In this document: positions 38,431-51,400 of the stretch, one piece after another | Numbering within the stretch: position 1 is the stretch's first letter | How the letters are laid out: each line of letters starts with the position of its first letter | Assembly: GCA_964016885.1 (NCBI GenBank) | Contig: OZ024741.1 | Location: 399,652,001 to 399,716,000 of the forward strand | DNA from: Eledone cirrhosa | Taxonomy: Eukaryota | Direction: 5' to 3' | DNA length: 64,000 nt | Made by a program: the position numbers and the translations under genes | The notes under the pieces: generated by a model | Databases searched by the model: none | Told to the model about the DNA's origin: nothing | The model's input: the letters and a program-made list of their open reading frames with translations, nothing else

Positions 38431-41400
38431 TATTGCTGGCGACCTAAATGGTCACGTTGGACAACATTGTGACGGCTATGATGAAATCCATGGAGGCTAT
38501 GGGTTTGGTACTAGAAATGAGGAAGGCTCCAGAATCCTGGAATTCTGTGACGCAAATAACCTAACTATCTGTAACATCATCATCATCATCATCATCAACG
38601 TTTAACGTCCGTGTTCCACGCTTGCATGGGTTTGGACGGGGGTAGTCCCACTTGAGGCAAGAGTGATTGTCTTGCTCGCATAGGACTGTCTGGCAGGTTT
38701 TCTACAGTTGGATGCCCTTCCTAACACCAACCACATTTACAGTGTGGGTCTGGGAGGTTTTTACCGTGTTGCCTACACGGCCACATTACAGCGTGGACTG
38801 TGTGTTTTTTTGTCGTGACACCTACACGATCTCATTTGTTTCGGCCCGGATGGCGCGGCACCAACATAACTTTACATAGGACGGGGTGGTGTGGATGGGG
38901 TGGGGGTGGTGGTGGTGGGACGGGGTGTATTTTGTTAGAGATGCCTACTGGCAAGGCGGGTCTTCTCTGTTACTGAGTACCGCCAAAGGTCTCGGTCCAG
39001 TGACATTGTCTTGGAGAGGTGTAAGTGTGTGAGGTCGGAGTTTATCAGCTCGTCCCAGGTTTTTCACTAACTTCAAAAAACGAGACAATCACTTGATCAC
39101 CTATAGATCCGGGGAACATACCAGCCAGGTAGATTATATCCTTACCAGAAGACGTGGCAGGGTGACTGTTGTAAACACTAAATCCCTCCCCCATGAAGAA
39201 TGCACCTCCCAACATAGACTGATAATTAGCAACCTCATAGTCAGGACGAGACGTACTCGACAGCAGAAGTGGACTATCCCCAGGAGAAAAATATGGAAGC
39301 TAAAGGACCCCACAGCCAGAAATAAATTTCAAAGCATATTACTTGACGCTTTCGACAGTAAGGAAGAGCAATTAGAGTCGTATAATATAGAGGAACAGTT
39401 GGAATTCCTGAGAGCAAACCTGCTGATGGCAGCAGACGAAGTCTGTGGCCGGAGCAGGCCTATAGGCAGGAGGAGAGTAACATGGTGGTGGAACAGTAAG
39501 GTGGAGGAGTCGATTAAGGCCAAAAAGCAGGCTTGGAAAGTATGGCTGGATGGGGGAAGTAGAGAAGACTATCAAGTGGCCAGGAGGGAAGCTAGGAGAC
39601 AAGTGTACTTCGCAAGAAGGGAAGCAGAGGAAAGAAAGTTCAAGCATGTTCTACAACGCGAGGACCAAAAACGTGAGGTGTTCAGGATTGCTAGGCAATG
39701 TGTCAAGGAAAACCGTGATATTGTTGGGGAGAAGTGTGTACTAAATGATGATGGCGTACTCGCCATCACTGACGCTGATAAGAAGGTCGCTTGGAAGTGT
39801 CACTACGAGAGGCTACTAAATGAGGAGAATAAATGGGAGAAGGATAGTCTCCCCCAGATCGATCCAATAGAGGGACCAGCAGTGTTAGTTGAAGGTAGTA
39901 TAATAAGTAAGGCAATCAAAGATATGAAGATGGGTAAGGCGGCTGGGCCTTCGGAAATAGTTGCTGAGATGCTGAAGGCCTCTGGAACGGTGGGACACAC
40001 CATGGTCACCCGGATAGTAAACCAAGTCATACAGAATGGGGTTGTTCCGAAGGACTGGCATAGCAGCATCATCATTAACTGTTACAAGGGTAAAGGAGAC
40101 GCCCTAGATAGGAGTAACTATAGAGGCATTAAATTAATCGACCAGGTCATGAAGGTCACGGAAAAAGTTAAAGTGCACCTAATCAGAGAGAGAATCGATC
40201 TAGATGAAATGCAGTTCGGGTTTGTGTCAGGCAAAAGTACCACAGACGCTCTTTTCATTGTACAACAACTACAGGAGAAGTACCTAGCTAAAAGTAAAGC
40301 CCTATACATAGCCTTTGTCGACTTGGAGAAAGCCTTCGACAGAGTCCCCCGTTCCATTATCTGGTGTGCTCTTAGAAAACTAGGTGTTGACGAATGGCTT
40401 GTGAGAGCTATACAAGCCATGTATAAAGAAACAGTGAGCAAGGTTAGAATTAACAACGAATATAGTGAAGAGTTTAGCGTAAAAGTTGGTGTCCATCAGG
40501 GCTCTGTTCTTAGCCCCCTACTATTTAGTATTGCCTTTCAGGCTATAACAGAGGAGTTCAAGACCGGCTTCCCATGGGAACTCCTATACGCAGATGATCT
40601 AACGCTCATAGCTGAATCAATGGCCGAGCTAGAGAAGAAATTCCAAACTTGGAAGCACGGCCTAGAATCAAAAGGCCTTAAAATTAACCTGGCTAAGACT
40701 AAAGTTCTAGTTTGTAGGAAAGAAAATAAGGCGCCGGTCCCTTCCGGGAAATGGCCATGCTCAGTGTGTAGGAAAGGCGTAGGTAGAAACTCCATTTTAT
40801 GTCCCAAATGCAAAGTATGGGTGCATAAAAGATGTAGTGGGATCACAGGTAAGCTAACTAAGAACACAGATTTTACATGTGGCCGGTGCTCTGGTGCAAT
40901 AAGTAGCAGCAAGTGCCCACAGAATACTAGCTCTTTCAATTGCGCAGAGGGTTCTATAGAAATAGTGGACAGCTTCCGTTACCTGGGGGACAAAATCAGC
41001 AGTGGGGGAGGGTGCTCTGAAAGTACAGTAGCTAGAGTCAGAACTGGATGGAAAAAGTTCAGAGAGCTTATACCACTATTAGCCGCTAAAGGGTTCTCCC
41101 TAAAAATGAAAGGCAGGTTGTATGATGCCTGCATACGAACAGCAATGTTGCATGGCAGTGAGACCTGGGCATTGTGTGCAGAGGATATACGCAGACTAGA
41201 GAGGAACGAAGCTTGCATGCTCCACTGGATGTGTAATAGTAATATACGTGAACGGCAAAGCATAAACGAACTAAAGAAAAAATTAGAAATAAGAGGGATC
41301 AGATGTTGTTTACTCGAGAGAAGGCTACGTTGGTATGGTCACGTGATGCGCATGAAAGACGACAGCTGTATAGCAAAGTGCAGGGCAATAAAGATAGATG

Positions 41401-42052
41401 GTAGCCACGGAGTAGGCAGACCCAGAAAAACCTGGGACAAGCTGATAAATTCCGACCTCACACACTTACACCTCTCCAAGACAATGTCACTGGACCGAGA
41501 CCTTTGGCGGTACTCAGTAATCGAGAAGACCCGCCTTACCTAAATACACAGTAAAACCTACTACAGTCAGTAGGCATCTCTAACAAAATACACCCCCGTT
41601 CCACCACCCCCACCCCATCCACACCGCCCCTTTCAATGTAAAGTTATGTTGGTGCCGCGCCATCGAGGCCGAAACAAATGAGATCGTGTAGGTGTCACGA
41701 CAAAAAAACACACAGTCCACGCTATAATGTGGCCGTGTAGGCAACACGGTAAAAACCTCCCAGCCCCACACTGTAAATGTGGTTGGTGTTAGGAAGGGCA
41801 TCCAGCTGTAGAAAACCCGCGAGACAGTCCACGCTGTAATGTGGTCGTGTAGGCAACACGGTAAAAACCTCCCAGCCCCACACTGTAAATGTGGTTGGTG
41901 TTAGGAAGGGCATCCAGCCGTACAAAACCCGCCAGACAGTCCTATGCGAGCAAGACAACCACTCTTGCCTCAAGTGGGAAAACTCCCGTCCAAACCCATG
42001 CAAGCGTGAAATATGGACGTTAAACGATGATGATGATGATGATGATGATGAT
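38431..42052 (+). mobile_element. RTE-clade LINE 'RTE-B', near full-length ORF (APE endonuclease C-half, RT, PHD-like finger), interrupted in the endonuclease
   Basis: 38431-38576 encodes IAGDLNGHVG...RNEEGSRILEFC...ICN and resumes at 39065 with TNFKK...SQVDYIL. RT motifs QFGF, FVDLEKAFD, GVHQGSVLSP, LLYADD. ORF runs to 41543; (gat)n tail. Confidence 0.95.
38577..39064 (-). mobile_element. Antisense 5'-truncated RTE-B-family copy nested in RTE-B
   Basis: Reverse complement of 41426-42050 with indel differences. Confidence 0.9.
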
Positions 42053-42086
42053 ATTCCTTCATTGTACTGTGTCGTTTGTCTTTTGC

Positions 42087-42117
<31 letters not shown>

Positions 42118-42217
42118 TATGTGTGTGTGTGTGTGTATGTGTGCGTGTATGTGTGTGTATATATATATACTGATGATCCAGTGGTGATCCACCAAACTTA
42201 AATGAATATATATATAT

Positions 42218-42515
42218 ATCATCATCATCATCATCATCATTTTACGTCCGCTTTTCCCTGCTTGCAAGGGTGGGACGGGTCCTATTCAGCACAGCATCTC
42301 TCCACTTGTCACGGTCCTTCGTCATCTCCTCCGTGAGCTTCAACGATCTGAAGTCTGCTCTCACCACCTCCGCTCATGTTTTTTGTGGTATTCCTCTACT
42401 ACATCTTCTTTCTACTGTGATTTTTTGGCACGTCTTTACCCAGCGGTCATCCTCCAAGCGCATCACATGTCCATACAATCTCAGTCTTCTCTCCTGCACA
42501 CCACAACTTATCCCT

Positions 42516-42517
<2 letters not shown>
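42218..42517 (-). mobile_element. Short RTE-C 3' fragment between TA tracts
   Basis: Matches 61177-61475. Confidence 0.85.
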
Positions 42518-42552
<35 letters not shown>

Positions 42553-42710
42553 AAACACAATGATGCTATTATATAGTATAATTGTTATAAGATATCTAAC
42601 ATACACATATAAGCAAACTTTTAACATTGAAGACCTTGTAACATTCAAAAGCCTATGAACATATTGAATATAATCAGTCTTTTAAAAATAGAAAATTTTC
42701 GAAGACTTAC

Positions 42711-43157
42711 CTACTGTCACATTAAAGCAAGCCTTTATCTGCAGCCAGACAAGATAATCTTCTGGTTTACTTCCATCTTCAATACTTCGAGATTCTAAAA
42801 TAACCTTTACAGCTGTTGCCTTTGGATAATTGTTCAGTATGAGGGATTCTGAAATGTTGGTACCTCCCACAGAGTTCTGGAACTCCTCAGAGCCAGGTAA
42901 TTGTACAAGAATTGTTACCTTACTAACACTACCCCACATGTCAACCTCAAGTAGTTCAACACCTTCAGGTTTATCAGTGAGTTTTATTGTGACACTTGGT
43001 TTGGGTTCTGAAGGGGATTTTGGAACTGGAACCCTCCATCCAACCAAGCCTGGTCTGATACTTGAAACAGGATAATCTGGTGTGTCAGGACTTGATGATA
43101 TGAAGGAATCAGGGATGATACTTATGTCATTCATACCTTCTCTGACCTCACAAGGTG
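42711..43157 (-). CDS. Mucin exon D: 149-aa discoidin-like module, copy 2
   Basis: ctcttttcag|CACC ... GTAG|gtaagt; 447 nt, phase 1-1; paralogous to exons B and G. Confidence 0.9.
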
Positions 43158-43570
43158 CTGAAAAGAGAAATTATATGAATTGTAATAATTTTTTTCTAAT
43201 TTTGGCACAAGGCCAGCAATTGGGGGGTGGGTGGGTGTAAAGTTGACTAAATTGACCCCAGTGCATTACTGGTACTTTATTTTATCAACTTCATAGGGAT
43301 GGAAAGCAAATCTAGCTCCCAGCAGGATTTGAACTCAGAATGGCAGACCACAGTAGACAATATAATAGAAAATAAAGTTTTCATTCTTTCTGTGCAGCCA
43401 GGTACCAAATAGTCCACAGCTTGGTACCAGTTGTTGGCCTCGTGGTTTGGGACCACTAGTCTATATATATATTCTATGTAACAACTAACTGAGATGAAAC
43501 ATTAACAGAAATCTAAAGACAAATACTTAAAAGACATATTTCTATTTAGCTGTATAAAGACAAACATTTG

Positions 43571-44772
43571 ATGATAATAATGAAAATTGTTGTGTACAGT
43601 GCTTGGGTGCACTACAACTCATCAAAGGTGCATGTATAGTACATAGAATAATTGTTTCTACCTTTGGCACCAGGCCAGCAATTTTCCCAGTGCATTACTG
43701 GTACTTTATTTTATCAACCCCGTAAGGATGAAAGGCAAAGTTAACCTCGGCGGGATTTGAACTCAGATCATAAAGGGACGTACGTAAATCTATGCTGCAA
43801 AGCATGGCGCCCGACTCTCTACCGATACTGCCAATCCACCACTGTCTAGTACATAGAATAATGAGCAAATGTCAGGGAAGTGAACAGTGTATGAGTCATG
43901 AAATACACACAGATACATGCGTGTGTATGGAAGGGGAATATCAGATGTAGTGTTGGTGAATTTCAGGAAGCATGGAAGTTTTGAAGGATGTAGTGTCTCG
44001 ACAGCTAACAACTGATGCAGGTAGTTGCTCCATGGAAGTTTTGAAGGATGTAGTGTCTCGACAGCTAACAACTGATGCTGGTAGTTGCTCCATGGAAGTT
44101 TTGAAGGATGCAGTGTCTCGACAGCTAACAACTGATGCAGGTAGTTGCTCCATGGAAGTTTTGAAGAATGTAGTGTCTCGACAGCTAACAACTGATGCTG
44201 GTAGTTGCTCCATGGAAGTTTTGAAGGATGCAGTGTCTCGACAGCTAACAACTGATGCTGGTAGTTGCTCCATGGAAGTTTTGAAGGATGCAGTGTCTCG
44301 ACAGCTAACAACTGATGCAGGTAGTTGCTCCATGGAAGTTTTGAAGGATGTAGTGTTTCGACAGCTAACAACTGATGCTGGTAGTTGCTCCATGCTTCAG
44401 CAACTCTGAGTGTGAAAAAATGTTTCCAAAAGTCATGGAAGCTGTACTGTTTTCTGATTTTGTAAGCATGTGTCTGGGTGTTAGACATATGGAACTTAAA
44501 AAGATGCTCAGGGTTGTTGTTGGAAAGATGGTTAATAATATAGTGAGTGTCTACTAAGATGGCTGCCAGATGTCAGAGCTTTAATGTATCCATGACCAGG
44601 GAATCAAGGCATTCAGAGTAAGGTAGATGCCTGATGGAGGGTATTTTTGTTTGGTTGCATGTCTCTGAACAATTTCCAGGAGACTAATATTTCGAGCAAG
44701 ATAAGAATTCTAGACAGGTGATGCAAATTCTAAGTGTGGACACACCATTGCTATATACAGCTTTAAAGATTT
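43571..44772 (-). mobile_element. Degenerate CR1-like LINE 3' end with a 7x60-bp internal array (43971-44390) and a nested SINE-A (43653-43846)
   Basis: Translates LKLYIAMVCPHLEFASPV*...LEIVQRHAT...FFTLRVAEAW..LPASVV...SFK. SINE TSD tagtacatagaataat (16 bp). Confidence 0.8.
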
Positions 44773-44777
44773 AAAAT

Positions 44778-45167
44778 CATCATCATCATCACCGTTTTAC
44801 GTCCGTTTTTCCATGCTAGCATGGGTTAGACGGGTTGTCCTGTTGTGGGCAGTGTCCAGTCGGTTGACCTTGTCTTGCTCATACGGGAACTGATTCTGGC
44901 TTGATTTCTACAGCTGGATGCCCTTCCTAACACCAACCTCATTTACAGTGAGTGCTGGGTGCTTTTTTTCCATCGCGCCTACACGTCCACTTTACAGTGA
45001 AATGATAGGGACCCCAGTCCCTATCATCTCATTTCTACAGCTGAGTAAACTGGAGCAATGTGAAATAAAGTGTCTTGCTCAAGGAAACAACACATCACCC
45101 GGTCCGAGTATTGAACTCACAACCTTTCAATTACAAGCCCAATGCTCTAACCACTAAGCCATGAGCC
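44778..45167 (-). mobile_element. SINE family B with RTE-A-type tail
   Basis: Same head and CORE as 14745 and 60579, but ends ...acaacaggacaacccgtctaacccatgctagc...ggacgtaaaacggtgatg. Confidence 0.82.
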
Positions 45168-45195
45168 ATCACTTAAAATACATGTTTTTATTTAC

Positions 45196-45327
45196 CTGTT
45201 GTAGGTGACGTTGTAGTAAATTCAGTTACAGAGGTTGGTGGAGCCCAAGTTGTTGATTGAGGTGTTGTTGTTACAACAGTTCCTGTGATAGAAGGAGTTG
45301 TAACAGTTGTAGGACTTACTGATGTCA
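45196..45327 (-). CDS. Mucin exon C: PTS linker
   Basis: ttttgttaatag|TGACA ... ACAG|gtaaat; 132 nt, phase 1-1; VTSVSPTTVTTPSITGTVVTTTPQSTTWAPPTSVTEFTTTSPTT. Not in the ORF track. Confidence 0.8.
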
Positions 45328-45429
45328 CTATTAACAAAAGAAAAAATATATAGAAATTATATGATTATTGTGTGTTGAAACAGATATTGTTATATTTGGG
45401 GAGGGGCATGTTGTTATAATATTGCTTAA

Positions 45430-48400
45430 CTAGCTGGACCCGTGAAAAAATTCAAGGATAATCCGCTCTCTCTAAATATATATCCCCCCCTTTCTCTCTA
45501 TATAAATCCATCCCTTTCTCTCTATATATATGTTAACACTCCTTTCTCTATATTATAACCCCCTCTCTCTATTATAAACCTCTCTCTCTATATTATAAAA
45601 CCCTCTCTTCAAATATAGTATAACCTCCTCTCTCTATAGTATAACCGCCTCTCTCTATATTATAACCCCCTTCTCTCTATATATAACAACCCATCCCCTT
45701 CCCTATGTTATAACCCCTCTCTCTACATATATTATAACCCCACCTCCTCTCTCTCCTTTCCAAACGTTGCTACGCTCTTTGATTTTCTTTCGCTGTAGAT
45801 TGTTTACCACCCCCTTTCCATTGTTTTAGCACGTCTCACGGACGTCATTCGAATTTTATTTATAATACTGAAAGTGTGACACACACGGTCTGACGTACGG
45901 TACGTGGGTATTAACCTTTACTGTAAGTGTGACACACACGGTCTGACGTACGGTACGTGAGTATTAACCTTTACTGTAAGTGTGACACACACGGTCTGAC
46001 GTACGGTACGTAGGTATTAACCTTTACTGAAAGTGTGACACAGACGGTCTGACGTACGGTACGTAGGTATTAACCTTTACTGAAAGTGTGACACACACGG
46101 TCTCCCGTACAGTAGGTAGGTATTAACCTTTACTGAAAGTGTGACACACGGTCTGACGTACGGTACGTAGGTATTAACCTTTACTGAAAGTGTGACACAC
46201 ACGGTCTGACGTACGGTACGTAGGTATTATCCTTTACTGAAAGTGTGACACACACGGTCTGACGTACGGTACGTAGCTATTAACCTTTACTGAAAGTGTG
46301 ACACAGACGGTCTGACATACAGTACGTAGGTATTAACCTTTACTGAAAGTGTGACACACACGGTCTGACGAACGGTACGTAGGTATTAACCTTTACTAAA
46401 AGTGTGACACAGACGGTCTGGCGTACGGTACGTAGGTATTAACCTTTACTGAAAGTGTGACACACACGGTCTGACGTATGGTACATAGGTATTAACCTTT
46501 ACTGAAAGTGTGACATACGGTCTGAAGTACGGTACGTAGGTATTATCCTTTACTGAAAGTGTGACACACACGGTCTGACGTATGGTACGTAGGTATTAAC
46601 CTTTACTGAAAGTGTGACACACACGGTCTGACGTATGGTACGGAGGTATTAACCTTTACTGAAAGTGTGACACACACGGTCTGACGTATGGTACGTAGGT
46701 ATTAACCTTTACTGAAAGTGTGACACACACGGTCTGACGTACAGTACGTAGGTATTAACCTTTACTGAAAGTGTGACACACACGGTCTGACGTACGGTAC
46801 GTAGGTATTAAGCTTTACAGAAAGTGTGACACACACGGTCTGACGTACAGTACGTAGGTATTAACCTTTACTGAAAGTGTGACACACACGGTCTGACGTA
46901 CGGTACGTAGGTATTAACCTTTACTGAAAGTGTGACACCCGGTCTGACGTACAGTACGTAGGTATTAACCTTTACTGAAAGTGTGACACACACGGTCTGA
47001 CGTATGGTACATAGGTATTAACCTTTACTGAAAGTGTGACACACACGGTCTGACGTACGGTACGTAGGTATTAACCTTTACTGAAAGTGTGACACACACG
47101 GTCTGACGTATGGTACATAGGTATTAACCTTTACTGAAAGTGTGACACACACGGTCTGACGTACAGTACGTAGGTATGAACCTTTACTGAAAGTGTGACA
47201 CACTGTCTGACGTACGGTACGTAGGTATTAACCTTTACTGAAAGTGTGACACACACTGTCTGACGTACGGTACGTAGGTATTAACCTTTACTGAAAGTGT
47301 GACACACACGGTCTGACGTACGGTACGTAGGTATTAACCTTTACTGAAAGTGTGACACACACGGTCTGACGTACGGTACGTAGGTATTAACCTTTACTGA
47401 AAGTGTGGCACACACGGTCTGACATACGGTACGTAGGTATTAACCTTTACTGAAAGTGTGACACACACGGTCTGACGTACGGTACGTAGGTATTAACCTT
47501 TACTGAAACTGTGATACATACGGTCTGACGTACGGTACGTAGGTATTAACCTTTACTGAAAGTGTGACACGCACGGTCTGACGTATGGTACGTAGGTATT
47601 AAACTTTACTGAAAGTGTGACACACACGGTCTGACGTACGGTACGTAGGTATTAACCTTTACTGAAAGTGTGACACACACGGTCTGACGTACAGTACGTA
47701 GGTATTAACCTTTACTGAAAGTGTGACACACACGGTCTGACGTACGGGACGTAGGTATTAACCTTTACTGAAAGTGTGACACACACGGTCTGACGTACAG
47801 TACGTAGGTATTAACCTTTACTGAAAGTGTGACACACGGTCTGACGTACAGTACGTAGGTATTAACCTTTACTGAAAGTGTGACACAGACGGTCTGACGT
47901 ACGGTACGTAGGTATTAACCTTTACTGAAAGTGTGACACACACGGTCTGACGTATGCTACGTAGGTATTAACCTTTATTGAAAGTGTGACACACACGGTC
48001 TGACGTATGGTACGTAGGTATTAACCTTTACTGAAAGTGTGACACACACGGTCTGGCGTACGGTACGTAGGTATTAACCTTTACTGAAAGTGTGACACAC
48101 ATTGTCTGACGTATGGTACATAGGTATTAACCTTTACTGAAAGTGTGACACACACGGTCTGACGTACGGTACGTAGGTTTTAACCTTTACTGAAAGTGTG
48201 ACACACACGGTCTGACGTACAGTACGTAGGTATTAATCTTTACTGAAAGTGTGACACACACGGTCTGACGTACAGTACGTCGGTATTAAGCATTACTGAA
48301 AGTGTGACACACACGGTCTGACGTACGGTACGTAGGTATTAACCTTTACTGAAAGTGTGACACATACGGTCTGACGTACGGTACGTAGGTATTAACCTTT

Positions 48401-51400
48401 ACTGAAAGTGTGGCACACACGGTCTGACGTATGGTACGTAGGTATTAAACTTTACTGAAAGTGTGACACACACGGTCTGACGTACGGTACGTAGGTATTA
48501 ACCTTTACTGAAAGTGTGACACACACGGTCTGACGTACAGTACGTAGGTATTAACCTTTACTGAAAGTGTGACACACACGGTCTGACGTACAGTACGTAG
48601 GTATGAACCTTTACTGAAAGTGTGACACACACGGTCTGACGTACGGTACGTAGGTATTAACCTTTACTGAAAGTGTGACACACACTGTCTGACGTACGGT
48701 ACGTAGGTATTAACCTTTACTGAAAGTGTGAAACACACGGTCTGACGTACGGTACGTAGGTATTAACCTTTACTGAAAGTGTGACACACACGGTCTGACG
48801 TACGGAACGTAGGTATTAACCTTTACTGAAAGTGTGACACACACGGTCTGACGTACAGTACGTAGGTATTAATCTTTACTGAAAGTGTGACACACACGGT
48901 CTGACGTACAGTACGTAGGTATTAACCTTTACTGAAAGTGTGACACAGACGGTCTGACGTACAGTACGTCGGTATTAAGCATTACTGAAAGTGTGACACA
49001 CACGGTCTGACGTACGGTACGTAGGTATTAACCTTTACTGAAACTGTGATACATACGGTCTGACGTACGGTACGTAGGTATTAACCTTTACTGAAAGTGT
49101 GGCACACACGGTCTGACGTATGGTACGTAGGTATTAAACTTTACTGAAAGTGTGACACACACGGTCTGACGTACGGTACGTAGGTATTAACCTTTACTGA
49201 AAGTGTGACACACACGGTCTGACGTACAGTACGTAGGTATTAACCTTTACTGAAAGTGTGACACACACGGTCTGACGTACGGTACATAGGTATTAACCTT
49301 TACTGAAAGTGTGACGCACACGGTCTGACGTATGCTACGTAGGTATTAACCTTTATTGAAAGTGTAACACACACGGTCTGACGTATGGTACGTAGGTATT
49401 AACCTTTACTGAAAGTGTGACACACACCGTCTGACGTATGGTACGTAGGTATTAAACTTTACTGAAAGTGTGACACACACGGTCTGACGTATGGTACATA
49501 GGTATTAACCTTTACTGAAACTGTGACACACACGGTCTGACGTATGGTACATAGGTATTAACCTTTACTGAAAGTTGACACACACGGTCTGACGTATGGT
49601 ACATAGGTATTAACCTTTACTGAAAGTGTGACACACACGGTCTGAGGTACGGTACGTAGGTATTAACCTTTACTGAAAGTGTGACACACACGGTCTGACG
49701 TACGGTACGTAGGTATTAATCTTTACTTAAAGTGTGACACACACGGTCTGACGTATGGTACGTAGGTATTAACCTTTACTGAAAGTGTGACACACACGGT
49801 CTGACGTATGGTACATAGGTATTAACCTTTACTGAAGATGTGACACACACGGTCTGACGTATGGTACGTAGGTATTAACCTTTGCTGAAAGTGTGACACA
49901 CACGGTCTGACGTATGGTACGTAGGTATTAACCTTTACTGAAAGTGTGACACACACGGTCTGACGTATGGTACGTAGGTATTAACCTTTACTGAAAGTGT
50001 GACACACACGGTCTGACGTATGGTACATAGGTATTAACCTTTAATGAAAGTGTGACACACACGGTCTGACGTATGGTACGTAGGTATTAACCTTTACTGA
50101 AAGTGTGACACACATGGTCTGACGTACGGTACATAGGTATTAACCTTTATTGAAAGTGTGACACACACGGTCTGACGTATGGTACGTAGGTATTAACCTT
50201 TACTGAAAGTGTGACACACACGGTCTGACGTATGGTACGTAGGTGTTAACCTTTACTGAAAGTGTGACACACACGGTCTGACGTATGGTACATAGGTATT
50301 AACCTTTACTGAAAGTGTGACACACACGGTCTGACGTACGTTACGTAGGTATTAATCTTTACTGAAAGTGTGAAACACGGTCTGACGTACAGTACGTAGG
50401 TATTAACCTTTACTGAAAGGGTGACACACACGGTCTGGCGTACGGTACGTAGGTATTAACCTTTACTGAAAGTGTGACACACACGGTCTGACGTACAGTA
50501 CGTAGGTATTAATCTTTACTTAAAGTGTGACACACACGGTTTGCCGTACGGTACGTAGGTATTAACCTTTACTGAAAGTGTGGCACACACGGTCTGACGT
50601 ATGGTACGTAGGTATTAAACTTTACTGAAAGTGTGACACACACGGTCTGACGTACGGTACGTAGGTATTAACCTTTACTGAAAGTGTGACACACACGGTC
50701 TCACGTACAGTACGTAGGTATTAACCTTTACTGAAAGTGTGACACACACGGTCTGACGTACGGTACGTAGGTATTAACCTTTATTGAAAGTGTGACACAC
50801 ACGGTCTGACGTACAGTACGTAGGTATTAACCTTTACTGAAAGTGTGACACACACGGTCTGGCGTACGGTACGTAGGTATTAACCTTTACTGAAAGTGTG
50901 ACACACATTGTCTGACGTATGGTACATAGGTATTAACCTTTACTGAAATTGTGACACACACGTTCTGACGTACGGTACGTAGGTATTAACCTTTACTGAA
51001 AGTGTGACACACACGGTCTGACGTATGGAACGTAGGTATTAACCTTTACTGAAAGTGTGACACACACGGTCTGACGTATGGTACATAGGTATTAACCTTT
51101 ACTGAAAGTGTGACACACACGGTCTGACGTACGGTACATAGGTATTAACCTTTACTGAAAGTGTGGCACACACGGTCTGACGTATGGTACGTAGGTATTA
51201 AACTTTACTGAAAGTGTGACACACACGGTCTGACGTACGGTACGTAGGTATTAACCTTTACTGAAAGTGTGACACACACGGTCTGACGTATGGTACGTAG
51301 GTATTAACCTTTACTGAAAGTGTGACACACACGGTCTGACGTATGGTACGTAGGTATTAACCATTACTGAAAGTGTGACACACACGGTCTGACGTACGGT

